From IMG/VR virus record IMGVR_UViG_2711768098_000003, positions 1 through 64,000 of that record: a DNA stretch of 64,000 nt; one strand, written 5' to 3'. Shown one piece after another: positions 9,072-19,329 of this stretch (position 1 is the first letter of the stretch; each line of letters begins with the position of its first letter). The notes below the pieces were generated by a model that was not told the DNA's origin, did no database searches, and saw only the letters and a list, made by a program, of their open reading frames with translations. The DNA is from a virus. Its lineage: Duplodnaviria > Caudoviricetes. Both the position numbers and the translations under genes were made by a program.

Positions 9072-10070
9072 CTAACTAGGTCTTGTGTATTCGATGACGG
9101 TTACGCGGCCGTCCGCGCCGAGTCCGCCAGCGCCATCGGTTGATCCGAGGCCGTGACCGCGGCCGCCACCGCCGCCGCCAGGCCCAGCAGGAAAACCGCC
9201 GTCGCCACCGCGGCCGCCGACCGTCGCCGCGACCTGCGTTCCGCCGCCGCCACCGCCGCCGCCACCGTTTCCGCGGGCAACCGGGCTTGTCACCGCGCTC
9301 TGCCCGTTACTGCCTGCGCGAGAGCCTGCAGTCGAACCGCCAGCGCCTCCCGCGGCAAATGCGGAACTCCCACCGGCTTCACCGCCAGTCGGGCCTTCGC
9401 CTGTCGTTCCGTTGGAACCGTTCCCGCCGTGACCGCCGTCGCCAGTCGCGGAATTCGACAGAATCGCGCCCTCGACGCCGAGGATCGCCCCGATACCGGG
9501 CACTGACTGAAGATGAGGGCCGAAGCGGGAAACGCCACCGATCTGCGATGGGGTACTTCCACCTGCGCCGACGACCACCTCTACCGTGTCGGCGATATCG
9601 TTTTCGATGGCCGGAAGTTCAAACCATTGGTATCTGTAGCCGCCGGACAGTCCGCCTGTGCCGCCGGTGCCTACCGCAACCGTGCTACCTGTGCGGCCTG
9701 CTGATCCGCCGCCTTCGACTGCGACTCCGAGTCGGATCAGTCCGGGCGGCTTCGTCCATGTGCTGTTGAATGCGAAAGTGCGGACAGTGACTGCGCCGCC
9801 CTCGAGTAGTTCGACGCGGTTTTCGAGGTCGGTGAGACCGTCCGTGATCTCGCCTGCTTGCGTGACTTGCTCGTCGACGACTGCATTCAGGTTGGTCAGC
9901 CAACTGTTGATTGCGTTGAAGATTCCCGCGAACCCGGTCTGGGCACGCTCGAAGCCTTTAAGCTTGTCGCCACGCATAGTTGCGCGGGCGGAGGCTTCGG
10001 TAATGTCCTGCCCGAATCGGCCGCCCAACACGAACGCGCCATCAGGACTGCTACCACCAGGAGTAGTCAC
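9072..10070 (-). CDS. Glycine-rich minor tail protein
   Basis: MTTPGG start, coiled coil, WTKP.G and GGGGGGG repeats. Confidence 0.8.
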   Translation of the reverse strand: MTTPGGSSPDGAFVLGGRFGQDITEASARATMRGDKLKGFERAQTGFAGIFNAINSWLTNLNAVVDEQVTQAGEITDGLTDLENRVELLEGGAVTVRTFAFNSTWTKPPGLIRLGVAVEGGGSAGRTGSTVAVGTGGTGGLSGGYRYQWFELPAIENDIADTVEVVVGAGGSTPSQIGGVSRFGPHLQSVPGIGAILGVEGAILSNSATGDGGHGGNGSNGTTGEGPTGGEAGGSSAFAAGGAGGSTAGSRAGSNGQSAVTSPVARGNGGGGGGGGGTQVAATVGGRGGDGGFPAGPGGGGGGRGHGLGSTDGAGGLGADGRVTVIEYTRPS

Positions 10071-10071
10071 G

Positions 10072-10668
10072 TCACATCCCCCGGAACTTCTTCAACAACG
10101 TCTGACGAGGCTTCTTCGAAGACATCTCCAACGCCATCACCCGGCGAATCTCCTTCGCCGGCTTCCCGAACAAGTAGCCTTCAACGAACGTGGCCGTATG
10201 CTGAGACGGATCGAACTGAGGACCCGCCTCAATCTCCGCCATATCCGCCTCTTCCTGCGGATCCGGGATCTTCCCCAGATAGCGGTAGCGTTCCAACTGG
10301 ATCGCCTGCTCATGCTCCGTCAGCGTCGCCGGATCCTGAATCATCACCGGCTCCGGTTCCGGCTCGTCCATCCCCACCCAAGACATCGACCCGTTCAATG
10401 CATGCTGTTGACCGCGATACGGATTCAGCATTTTGATCTGCTGCTTCGGTAGCTGGTCGACGTGCACGAACCCGTCTTCGTTCGCCAGTGCGGCGACGCG
10501 GTCGACGTGAATGAACCCTGCATCGTCGATGTGCTTCGACCATGGGCGCGCGAAATGCTCTGGCACCATGAACGGTGAATCGCCGAGGCCGGGGAGTCCC
10601 ATGAACACCCACAGGTTGCGTTCTTCGGGGTCGTTTTGGTCGCAGTTGTCTTGGGTGGGTAGACGCAT
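10072..10668 (-). CDS. DUF2744-family minor tail protein
   Basis: PTQ..CD..DPEE..LW....LP...WS.H....G motif. Confidence 0.75.
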   Translation of the reverse strand: MRLPTQDNCDQNDPEERNLWVFMGLPGLGDSPFMVPEHFARPWSKHIDDAGFIHVDRVAALANEDGFVHVDQLPKQQIKMLNPYRGQQHALNGSMSWVGMDEPEPEPVMIQDPATLTEHEQAIQLERYRYLGKIPDPQEEADMAEIEAGPQFDPSQHTATFVEGYLFGKPAKEIRRVMALEMSSKKPRQTLLKKFRGM

Positions 10669-10709
10669 CTCATCCTCTTTGGAATTGTGTTGTGCCAGTG
10701 CGGGTTTGA

Positions 10710-12407
10710 CTACCCCACACCGAGGTCTTTCAGCATCCCGAAGAAGTCTTGGATCTCTTCGAGTGCCTTCATCACCGGGTCTTCCGGCTCCCGCTGCCCG
10801 ATCGTGATCTGCCACGACGGCGACGACTCGCGGTCCCACGCCAACTGCAGTTCAGACACGCGGTCAACGAAAACCAGACCTTCCTCAGGCATCCCGAGGA
10901 CCGTCGAACCGACACGATCACCCAGAAAGAAGTGACCGTGGCCCTTCTGCCCGATGCGATACGGTGCACCATCCGCCACCACCAGCGTGTGACGTGTGTA
11001 CTCGCGGGTCTGCCAGAAACCGGTGCGGAGCGCCAGCAACGCCGACAGCGTGTAGGCTCGGTCAGCGCCGTCACCCCACTTCTCGTGATAGTGAGACCAG
11101 CCGAGGCGTTGAGCCCGAGAAGGACTGCCCCACTTCATAAAAGCGGCTACCACGTCGGTGTATAGCGGCTTCAGCAGGGTGTCAGCGACACCGCCGAGAG
11201 GTGGAACGCCCGGGATCATCGCCGACAAATCGCCGATCATCTGAATGGCCGCCCCGATAGCCTCATTCACGCCCGGGGCACTATGGCCACCAACCACCAC
11301 GCCGACATCCGTCGCCGGCTTCCACGAAAACTCCGACGACTGAATGCCCGTCAGATCGCCTTCACGGAAAATCACCCACGGCGCAGCCGGAACAGTCCCC
11401 AAAAAGCCGGGCTGCTTGTACACGTCCGGAGTGTTCGGGTCGATGCCGACCTTCGTCTCATCCAAACCGTTCGAACCGAACTGCAAAACCTCATGCAGCA
11501 AACCCGTGAACAAGTTGCCGCCGAACGACGTACCCGTGTTACGGGCCGACTTGTCGACGATCTCCCACACCAGGCAGCCATGCCGAAGATTCGCGCCCTC
11601 CCACGGAGGAGGATCGCCAGCCAGGAATCGGCGGCATTCAATCGACAGTTCCGCATCCTCAACGATGCGTTTTGCCATGTCATGGAAGTTTTTGAACCGT
11701 GAATGCACGATCGCCAGCGACGACGTATCCCGTGTAGCCTTCGACGGCTTGACCACCATCGACCACGTCGACTGGTTGAAGTTGAACCACTGCGACGGAT
11801 CCATCGGATCATCGGGCAGCATCCATAGGCTCGACTCGAGCCGCATAATGTTCGCGAGGAGCGTGGTTTCCAACGCCCACTTCGCTTTACCGAACAGAAT
11901 CCACAGCCGCGGGAACTGAAATTCAGCGGGCAACCACGGATTCGACCAGCACAGGATGTGCTTGAGTTCCTCGTAGTCATGCTTGAAGAAGACCCGCATG
12001 ATCTTCTGTCCGGTGTCGGTTTTGATGATCTTGAATTCGTCCATGCGGCCGGACCAGCGGGCACCGTCCTTGTCGACGGTGATGTGAATGTTGGTTGTGC
12101 CGCGGCCTTTGACGTCGGCGATCCACCTGGACATGTAGTAGTCCAGTGGCATGTCCAGCGATCCGGTGCCGGTCTCGTTGTCGGCGTATTGGAAGTTCGC
12201 TGCGATTTCTTGGCGGACGATGCCCCGCAGGTTCCAATCGCCGTCGTGGATTCGAACCAGCGGCGGTGCGAGGCGTTCTTCCTTCTCCTTGCGGAGCCGA
12301 TCGGTAATCTCGTTGAAGATGCCGTCGAAGTCGATACCAGGATCGATGCTCGACTGCCCCGGATGGACAGTGTCAGACGGATACAGGTCGGTAGCAGGCG
12401 CGGTCAA
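10710..12407 (-). CDS. Minor tail protein (tail-tip/hub, mycobacteriophage type)
   Basis: PLVRIHDGDW, DK.GARWSG, NPWLPAEFQFP, HFFLGDRVG motifs. Confidence 0.85.
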   Translation of the reverse strand: MTAPATDLYPSDTVHPGQSSIDPGIDFDGIFNEITDRLRKEKEERLAPPLVRIHDGDWNLRGIVRQEIAANFQYADNETGTGSLDMPLDYYMSRWIADVKGRGTTNIHITVDKDGARWSGRMDEFKIIKTDTGQKIMRVFFKHDYEELKHILCWSNPWLPAEFQFPRLWILFGKAKWALETTLLANIMRLESSLWMLPDDPMDPSQWFNFNQSTWSMVVKPSKATRDTSSLAIVHSRFKNFHDMAKRIVEDAELSIECRRFLAGDPPPWEGANLRHGCLVWEIVDKSARNTGTSFGGNLFTGLLHEVLQFGSNGLDETKVGIDPNTPDVYKQPGFLGTVPAAPWVIFREGDLTGIQSSEFSWKPATDVGVVVGGHSAPGVNEAIGAAIQMIGDLSAMIPGVPPLGGVADTLLKPLYTDVVAAFMKWGSPSRAQRLGWSHYHEKWGDGADRAYTLSALLALRTGFWQTREYTRHTLVVADGAPYRIGQKGHGHFFLGDRVGSTVLGMPEEGLVFVDRVSELQLAWDRESSPSWQITIGQREPEDPVMKALEEIQDFFGMLKDLGVG

Positions 12408-13279
12408 TGGAGCCCCCATGGTCTGGACCACGGGCGAGGACACCGCAACTGAATGCCAGTGCCCACCGCAGCACCAGTCACAGTGACCGGCAACGTAGTC
12501 GGCTTCGTATACGGAGGAACCGGAAACAGAAAACTGACACCATTCATCCGCGCCCAAAACGGGGCACCATTCAGCGCCACCGCCTGGTCCTGCATCGGAT
12601 CGGTGTTGATGACAACGTCTTCACCCGCAAGCTGCGTCGGCAACAAGATTCGGCGCGCAGCCCACTCATCACCCAGCCACGAATAATCAGGGACCGTCCA
12701 CCGGCCAGGGGCCTTCAACACCCACTTCAACCAGATTTGCAGGTCAGTCGGATTCGATACCGTCACCGTCCCCGACTGCGAACCCCCATTGCGGGTGTCG
12801 ATCGTCGACGCCCACGACGACACAACATCGTCCTCATACCAGTACGGGTCACCAGCAGTGCACGTCATCGTCACCACAGAGATTTCGTTGATGTGAGGGT
12901 CACGCCGCGTCTTGATGTCCGGCTGCTCCGACATCCGCAGTTTCAGACGACGCGAACCGAACTCAGTGGTTATGATCAACGTCGAATCACGGTCGTATGC
13001 CCACGCTTTACGCCACGCAGAGTCGGCGTCCTCCCAGGAAACACCAGACACCGCGAAAACGTTCACTTGGAATACGACGTCGCGTTTGTTTGTTCGATAA
13101 CCGCCAGGTGAAGCACCGATCTGAAACGCAGTAGAGTTCCAAATCGTCTTCACGGGCGCGTCATATAGGCCGATAGGATTGGTCGCCAGCTCGACGCCCT
13201 CAGACCCCTGACCGGGGCCTGAGAGCGTCCACCTGGAACCGTCCACGCCTATCAGCTCGATAGTTGCGGGCGATGCCAC
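12404..13279 (-). CDS. Minor tail protein (distal tail, Dit-like)
   Basis: Directly after tape measure; IELIGVDGSRW...WSRPWG. Confidence 0.85.
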   Translation of the reverse strand: MASPATIELIGVDGSRWTLSGPGQGSEGVELATNPIGLYDAPVKTIWNSTAFQIGASPGGYRTNKRDVVFQVNVFAVSGVSWEDADSAWRKAWAYDRDSTLIITTEFGSRRLKLRMSEQPDIKTRRDPHINEISVVTMTCTAGDPYWYEDDVVSSWASTIDTRNGGSQSGTVTVSNPTDLQIWLKWVLKAPGRWTVPDYSWLGDEWAARRILLPTQLAGEDVVINTDPMQDQAVALNGAPFWARMNGVSFLFPVPPYTKPTTLPVTVTGAAVGTGIQLRCPRPWSRPWGLH

Positions 13280-13283
13280 GCTG

Positions 13284-16200
13284 TTACCTCCTGATGTACA
13301 TGAGCGAGCGCTGCGCCTCCAACGTCTTCGCCTTCTGGAAGGCCGAATCGACATCGGGAGTGCTGAGGTTGACGACCATTGAGTTATCGACGTTCGACGT
13401 CGAACCCGCTGCGCCACCGCGAATCCCGCGGAACACCTGTGCGCCCATCTTGTTGACGACGTTGGCGTCGCGGTTCATTGCTTCGAGTAGCGGCCGGTTC
13501 GCATCCGCAGACTTCGCGTTCATCACGAACTCGCGATCCGACAACCACGCAGGAATCGAATCCGACGTGGAAGTACCGGGACCCCACACCGAACCGCCGT
13601 TGGCGTAACCGCCTACAGTCGGCCAGACTTCGTGGACTCCACGACCACCGAACTTCGGATCCGTCTCCACATAGTTGACGGCCGCGAAAATGTTGTTCGC
13701 CGGATCGAAAATGTCGTCGAGCAGGTCAGGAGACTTGAACGCGTCATAGGTGCCCTGAATGGTCTGCATCAGACCCTTCGATGGCGTACCAGCAGCAGCA
13801 TTCGAATCCCAACCGTTGACGGCCATAGGGTCGCCACCGGACTCGATCTTCATCTGCGCCAACGTCTTACTCGCATACGATGCAGGCCAGCCACCGAAGT
13901 CGAGGACAGCGTTGACGACATTCGCCCACTGATCGACACCCGCACTCGGGTCATAGACGTGAACGAACGGATTCGGTGCCGCAGGAGCAGTCGGTGCAGG
14001 TGTAGACCCCGGCGCCGTGATACCGGTCGTCGGATCAGTACCGACACCCGCACCCAACCCTGCAGGAGAATCAGCTACATTCGAGTCGCCCCCGAACTGG
14101 CCGTCCTTCTGCATGTCCCACAACATTTGCCCGGCCTTCACCGCGCCCGGCATCTCATCGGAGATACCGAACACGCCGAGCGCATCGCCGACCATCCCGG
14201 ACACGAAGGCATCCGCGACACCGCCAGCGAGACCAGACCACGTCGACTCCGACGAACTCGAACTGTCACCGGACAGGTCGCCCATCCCGGTGATCGCATC
14301 CGTACTCGAATTCAACGACCAGTCGGCTGCCGCAACATCAGAAGGAACCGACGTCGCGCCCGCAGCCGCACCCGACGCGCTGCCGTTCACGGCAGGCACA
14401 TCAGTCACCGTCACCGGTGCAGGCATCGCCCAATGCACATGATCTTCATGCTGCGCGTTTGTGGATGCACCGAAGTCGAACGGTTGACCGCCATCGAGAT
14501 TCGACCAACCCGACAACGGCCAGTGGATGAGCTCTTCGACGGGTTGCGTCGAGTTCAAGCCGTAAATCCAGCGGGCATAGTCGGGCATGTTCGGGCCATC
14601 CAAATCGATGGCTGTGCCGCCCATGTGGTGGTCGAACCCGGATCCGACATCGGCGTAGCGGGTGCCGGATGTGAGGATGACATCTGGGAATGCGGTGCGG
14701 ATTGCATCCCACATCGACTGTTGGATAGCGGTTGTGAGGCTGGCGCCGTTGGCAATGGTTCCGCCGTTGCCGCCGAGCTGCACTGTGCTGGGTGTTGCAT
14801 TCGGTGCGGGTGCGGCGGGGGCACTGCCTCCGCCTTTACCGGCCGCCGGTGCATCGTAGGTGTTCGTGGATGCACCGCCACCGTCACCGGGTACACCACG
14901 TCCAGCGGACTGTCCGCGTTCGACGGCTTCCTTCGTACGGCCAACCTTGCCGCCATCCTTGAATGCGGGGATCCGGTCTTCGTTGATCGCCTCGACGAGG
15001 TCACCGTGCTTGGCAGTCATGGCTGCGTTGACGACGTATTCACCGTTCGACAGCCACGCAGGAACCAGATCATCGGTGGGTCCGCCAGGGCCGGTGATGT
15101 GACCGCCCATAGCGAACTTGTTGGCCTCAGCCCACTTGACCATCGAATCGCCGAGGGCGCGTGTGCCGTTGCCGCCGATCTTCGGAACCCACGACGGGAT
15201 TTCGACCTTCTGGAGGAGTTTGCCGATCTGTTCGACAGCGATTGCGATCGTGCCGACGATGCCCTTCCAGATGATGGCGACGGAATCGCCGAGGTCGGTG
15301 AAGAACTCGCGCATACCGTCTGTCGCGTCACCGATGAAATCGCGTGCACCGTCGATGACGTTGCGGACGTCGGTGAACTTTTCGCTCCAGTAGTTGGCGA
15401 ACTGGCGTACACCCTCGATGACCAGCGGTAGTGCATAGGTCGCGAGGAATTCGATGCCCTCCGTCAACGGAGGTAGCACCGACTCCACCAGGATCATCAG
15501 GACGTCGATCAAGATCGGTGCGAGATCGGTGCCGATGTCGATGAGCTGCGGGATGAACGGTGCCAGCGCGAGAACGATCCGCGAGAACGAGTCGATCAGC
15601 GTCGGCAGGAGCGGCGCGATCTGCTTCAAGGCCTCGGCGAATGCTTCACCGAGTTGCATCGCGACGTCAGCGAGAATTGGCGCCAAGTCTTCGAGGACTG
15701 GCATCATCGCGTCCATCCACTGTTCGATCAGTGGTCCTGCAGCCTCGAAAACAGTTGTGAGGGCGGGTGCTAGTGCTTCGATGAGGGTTGCGATGACCTC
15801 GGCGGCCATCGGTAGGAACGGTGCGATCGCCTCGAGGAGTGCTGCGAACGCTTCCCCCAGTGGGGCCATGGCAGGCTCGAGGGCTGCGAACGTGTCGATC
15901 AAGGTTTCGCCGACTATGACGATGATGTCCGACAGTGAAGGGATCAACGGTTCGATCGCATCGAACAGTGCGCCAAGCAGATTCGCGACAACCGGGAGAA
16001 CCGGCCCCATACCGTCTGCGATAGCACCGATGAAGTCGCCGAGCATCGGCATCAGATCAGTCAGCGAATCCGTGAAGATTGCACCGAACTCGCCCAGCGA
16101 CGGTCCGAGCTCACGGAACATGTCGCCGATGGAGGCGAACAACGGCCCGAGAGAAGGTCCGACTTCGGCGCCCATCGTGATGAACGCATCCGTCAACCCG

Positions 16201-17897
16201 CCGACCAGAGGTGCGAGCCCTTGCATGGCCTGCCCGACGCCAGCAGTGAACTGGTCCATCGTGCCCGAATCAACGAGACTGGTCAGCGTCGAATCCAGTT
16301 CGGCGAACGTCGACTTCAAGCCTTCGTTGATGCCGCCCGCGATGGTGACCATGCCCGCTTTGAGACCAGGCATCTGATTCGTCGCCAACGTGGAGAACGA
16401 GTCGCCGAGGCCGTCGAACATCGTGTTCTGGACTTCGAGCCGCAAGTCCTTCCATGCCGGCCCGAGGGCACGCACCTTCTCGAAGAAGTCACGTGCATTC
16501 GGCGACAGTTTCGCCAACGCCTCAGCCAGCTTGTCCTGCCCCGCGCCAGCAGACTCCCCCGCCTCAGCAAGCTCACGCTGCGCCTTAGCGAGATCCCGGA
16601 CCGCAGCCTCGACATTCTTGTTGGCGTCGATGACACCCTGCTGCGAATCCGCGACAGCCTGCTTCGCATTCTGGACGCGATCCGAGTTTTCGATGCCCGT
16701 CGAATTCGCTGCCGACGTATCGGCACGCAGATCCGAGGTCGTGTTCTTCGACTCCGCATACCGTTGTTCCGCGGTACGGACCGCCAGATCGGCTTCCTGC
16801 AAGTCCAGTTTCGACGACTTCGGATCCTTACGGACCCGCGCCAAGTTTTCGCGTGCACGAGCAACCGAGATCGCGGCACCCTCCTGGGAGAGTTCCGCCG
16901 ACTTCAATTGGTCGTTCATGTCGCGGAGTTCGCGGTTTGCGTCCCGGTAGGCGTCGTTCAACGCCTTCTGCGCGGTGATCGCATTACGTTCCGCCGATTC
17001 GACACCGCGTTGCGCGGCATCAATGCCGTCGATAGCGTCTGCGACACCCTGCAGTGCGTCCGCCTGCCGTTCAGCAGCATCCGTGGCATCCTCGGCAGCC
17101 GTAGCTGTCGCATCGGATGCAGCGGAGAATGCGTCACCCAAGCCCTTGGAGCCGATGAAGCCGACAGCACCGATCGCACCCAACGCTGCGACCGCACCGC
17201 CAGCGGCGCCGATCAAACCGACAACCTCAGCGGCCAATGCGCCCACGCCTGCAGTGATGGCAGTGAACTTGACTGCGGACATCAGCTTCAGGCTGCGTGT
17301 GGCCTTGTCTGCACTGTCGGACACCGAGTTGAGTCCGCCAGCGTTCGGTGTGGGGACGGGTCCGGTGTTGGCGTCGACGTCGATGGTGCGGCGTCGTGGG
17401 ATCGCGGCGAGGAACGCTGCAAGTTCTGCTGCAGCGATGCGGGTATCCAAGCCCAGGTTGATGGAGACACTGGAGGGGATGGAGGTGAGGAATGCGTCGA
17501 GTTCTGCTGCGGCGACTCGGGTGTCGAGGTCGAGGTTGACGGTTGCGCTACCACCGGCGGTGCGTTGCGCGGCATCGAGTTGTGCTTGGAAGGATGCGAA
17601 GTTGGCGTTGAGGTCGACGTCGACGGTGAATCCGGCGGACTGCGAGATTTGGTCGAGTCGGGCTTGGAAGCCGGTGGTGTCGAGGTTGAGTCCGACGTCG
17701 AGTGTGTGTCCGCGGGCTGCGGCGAGGGCGGTGTCGACTTCGCGGCTGAAGTTGGTTGTGTCGGCGACAAGTGGGACGTGTAGTTCTGGGTTGATGCGCG
17801 CTAGATCGCGTTCCACATCTGCGCGAAACGTGTCAGATAGGCGCGGAGCCACCGCGAGCCACGCGGTACCCGCGTCAAACGACGTGTAATCTGCCAC
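13284..17897 (-). CDS. Tape measure protein with M15-like peptidase and SLT transglycosylase domains
   Basis: 1537 aa, helical repeats; TSG.R...H..G.AID...H.DHVH; ESGGDP...SKGLMQ. Confidence 0.92.
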   Translation of the reverse strand: MADYTSFDAGTAWLAVAPRLSDTFRADVERDLARINPELHVPLVADTTNFSREVDTALAAARGHTLDVGLNLDTTGFQARLDQISQSAGFTVDVDLNANFASFQAQLDAAQRTAGGSATVNLDLDTRVAAAELDAFLTSIPSSVSINLGLDTRIAAAELAAFLAAIPRRRTIDVDANTGPVPTPNAGGLNSVSDSADKATRSLKLMSAVKFTAITAGVGALAAEVVGLIGAAGGAVAALGAIGAVGFIGSKGLGDAFSAASDATATAAEDATDAAERQADALQGVADAIDGIDAAQRGVESAERNAITAQKALNDAYRDANRELRDMNDQLKSAELSQEGAAISVARARENLARVRKDPKSSKLDLQEADLAVRTAEQRYAESKNTTSDLRADTSAANSTGIENSDRVQNAKQAVADSQQGVIDANKNVEAAVRDLAKAQRELAEAGESAGAGQDKLAEALAKLSPNARDFFEKVRALGPAWKDLRLEVQNTMFDGLGDSFSTLATNQMPGLKAGMVTIAGGINEGLKSTFAELDSTLTSLVDSGTMDQFTAGVGQAMQGLAPLVGGLTDAFITMGAEVGPSLGPLFASIGDMFRELGPSLGEFGAIFTDSLTDLMPMLGDFIGAIADGMGPVLPVVANLLGALFDAIEPLIPSLSDIIVIVGETLIDTFAALEPAMAPLGEAFAALLEAIAPFLPMAAEVIATLIEALAPALTTVFEAAGPLIEQWMDAMMPVLEDLAPILADVAMQLGEAFAEALKQIAPLLPTLIDSFSRIVLALAPFIPQLIDIGTDLAPILIDVLMILVESVLPPLTEGIEFLATYALPLVIEGVRQFANYWSEKFTDVRNVIDGARDFIGDATDGMREFFTDLGDSVAIIWKGIVGTIAIAVEQIGKLLQKVEIPSWVPKIGGNGTRALGDSMVKWAEANKFAMGGHITGPGGPTDDLVPAWLSNGEYVVNAAMTAKHGDLVEAINEDRIPAFKDGGKVGRTKEAVERGQSAGRGVPGDGGGASTNTYDAPAAGKGGGSAPAAPAPNATPSTVQLGGNGGTIANGASLTTAIQQSMWDAIRTAFPDVILTSGTRYADVGSGFDHHMGGTAIDLDGPNMPDYARWIYGLNSTQPVEELIHWPLSGWSNLDGGQPFDFGASTNAQHEDHVHWAMPAPVTVTDVPAVNGSASGAAAGATSVPSDVAAADWSLNSSTDAITGMGDLSGDSSSSSESTWSGLAGGVADAFVSGMVGDALGVFGISDEMPGAVKAGQMLWDMQKDGQFGGDSNVADSPAGLGAGVGTDPTTGITAPGSTPAPTAPAAPNPFVHVYDPSAGVDQWANVVNAVLDFGGWPASYASKTLAQMKIESGGDPMAVNGWDSNAAAGTPSKGLMQTIQGTYDAFKSPDLLDDIFDPANNIFAAVNYVETDPKFGGRGVHEVWPTVGGYANGGSVWGPGTSTSDSIPAWLSDREFVMNAKSADANRPLLEAMNRDANVVNKMGAQVFRGIRGGAAGSTSNVDNSMVVNLSTPDVDSAFQKAKTLEAQRSLMYIRR

Positions 17898-17910
17898 GTT
17901 GACCTCTGAT

Positions 17911-18378
17911 TCAGTTGTCGCTCAACACATTTTCTGGTGCGGTGAACTTGTCAAACAGGTTTTGAATACGCGCCCGATGCTGCTCATCCTTGACAGAATC
18001 AAGAGCCGTCCACGGCCGCGTCATAGGTTCGAAACTCGGCGGATCCGCGCCAGCAGACGCAATAACCGCGCCCTGCAACGACCGCAACTGGTCGATGACC
18101 GCAAGAAGCAGATACGCTTCCAAGTTGTATTCGAGAGGTGTTGGGGGCTCGTTCGATTCAGGGAGCTTCGCGATTTCCTCGGCGATATCACGATCCAACT
18201 GCAGAGCAGTCTTGTAATGCGAACCGCGAGGCAGCTTGTCCTTCAACCGCCACAGCTCACGCCAATCACGCAGCCCCGAAAGATAGTCGTGAACGTCTAT
18301 CCCCAGGACTGCGTGAAAGTCGTACTCGAGGGCTTCACCGAAGTGATCCCAAAAATCTAGGAGCCCGTCGACCCCCCC
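17911..18378 (-). CDS. Tail assembly chaperone T segment (via -1 frameshift)
   Basis: No good own start; -1 frame relative to upstream gene; precedes tape measure. Confidence 0.75.
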   Translation of the reverse strand, partial: GGVDGLLDFWDHFGEALEYDFHAVLGIDVHDYLSGLRDWRELWRLKDKLPRGSHYKTALQLDRDIAEEIAKLPESNEPPTPLEYNLEAYLLLAVIDQLRSLQGAVIASAGADPPSFEPMTRPWTALDSVKDEQHRARIQNLFDKFTAPENVLSDN

Positions 18379-18692
18379 GGCACCTCCGTGGCACCGCGAC
18401 CGTAGAAGTGCTCGTTCAGATCCTTGTTGAACTCGATCCACTCATCGAGGGGCAGCTCGTCGTAGATGGCGTTGACGGCATCGAAGTGCTCGCCGAGGAT
18501 GATCTTGAGCTGCGCATCTTCGTCGCCCCTGGCTTCGCGGAGCTTGCGTGCCTGGCCGCGAGTGAGGGGCTGAATGTGGATGTCGCTGGTGAGGATGTAC
18601 GGGCCGCGACGCTTCTTGTCGAGCTCCTCGCGGATCTCGTAGAGGCGTCCTTCGTCGCTGAGTCCTGCAGTCTTGGTGCGGGCGGTTGCCAT
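18357..18692 (-). CDS. Tail assembly chaperone G
   Basis: Position; ends in G7 run before stop. Confidence 0.8.
   Translation of the reverse strand: MATARTKTAGLSDEGRLYEIREELDKKRRGPYILTSDIHIQPLTRGQARKLREARGDEDAQLKIILGEHFDAVNAIYDELPLDEWIEFNKDLNEHFYGRGATEVPGGSTGS
18372..18378 (-). other. Slippery site G GGG GGG for -1 frameshift
   Basis: CCG GGG GGG TCG; -1 shift reads GTC GAC GGG CTC CTA GAT into T frame. Confidence 0.7.
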
Positions 18693-18744
18693 GGGGGTCT
18701 CCGGTTTCTGGGGTGCGTTTTCGAAAAAAAATTTGGGGGTGTGG

Positions 18745-18903
18745 CTAGAAGCTGGTGTGTCGCTTCTGGGGTTTAGGTAGTCCGGTTGCGCTGCCGCCCT
18801 TGGGGAAGTTGCCTGCAGGCTTGGGGACGGGCTTCGGTGTCACGGTGGGGCCGATCTTGGTGCGGGACAGGCCGGGTTCGGTCAGTGGCGTGTTCTTGCT
18901 CAT
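18745..18903 (-). CDS. Small basic proline-rich protein
   Basis: ATGA overlap, GAGGAG RBS. Confidence 0.45.
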   Translation of the reverse strand: MSKNTPLTEPGLSRTKIGPTVTPKPVPKPAGNFPKGGSATGLPKPQKRHTSF

Positions 18904-19142
18904 GCGGTCTCCTCGGTGGTGGCTGTGCGGCGTCGGCGTGTGCCGGCGGTTTTGTCGCCTGCGGTGTCGACTGGTGCGGCGTCGAGGATCGGGGTGTCGG
19001 TGACCTCGGTTTCGGCGGGTGCGGTCGCGGCTGGTTTGCGTTTGAATCCGCCGCCGTAGAGGGCGTTGCACAGTTGCGTGGGTGTGTGGGCGGTGAATTC
19101 GATGTCGCCCTTGACGAGCTCGACGGGTGTGAAGTCAGACAT
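18900..19142 (-). CDS. Small tail-module hypothetical protein
   Basis: GGAG/AGGA upstream; resembles the small gene that usually follows the major tail gene. Confidence 0.6.
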   Translation of the reverse strand: MSDFTPVELVKGDIEFTAHTPTQLCNALYGGGFKRKPAATAPAETEVTDTPILDAAPVDTAGDKTAGTRRRRTATTEETA

Positions 19143-19241
19143 GGGTGTCGTCCTGCCTTCTCCGGTGTGGTTTGGGTGCGCCCTCGTGTCGCGACCGGAG
19201 ATGCGCGGCACGAGGGCGGGTTGGTGTTCGAACAGGCGTAT

Positions 19242-19270
19242 TCGCACATACGTTCGAAAGGTGTTAAGTT
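19242..19270 (+). promoter_or_regulatory. LexA (SOS) box TCGCAC-ATAC-GTTCGA plus extended -10 TGT-TAAGTT
   Basis: One mismatch to actinobacterial consensus TCGAAC-N4-GTTCGA. Confidence 0.65.
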
Positions 19271-19329
19271 GATCTAGGTTGGGCAGCGGAGGGAAGCCGC
19301 CGCCCAGCCATCAACGACAGGAGTGCGGA

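Noticed and set aside
13632-17889. Long plus-strand ORFs opposite the tape measure gene (and similar ones opposite lysA, the 1030-aa gene, capsid and 59021-60397)
   Set aside because: Typical high-GC antisense shadows with no recognisable motifs, unlike 29830-30735, where the antisense frame has domains and the sense frame lacks them.
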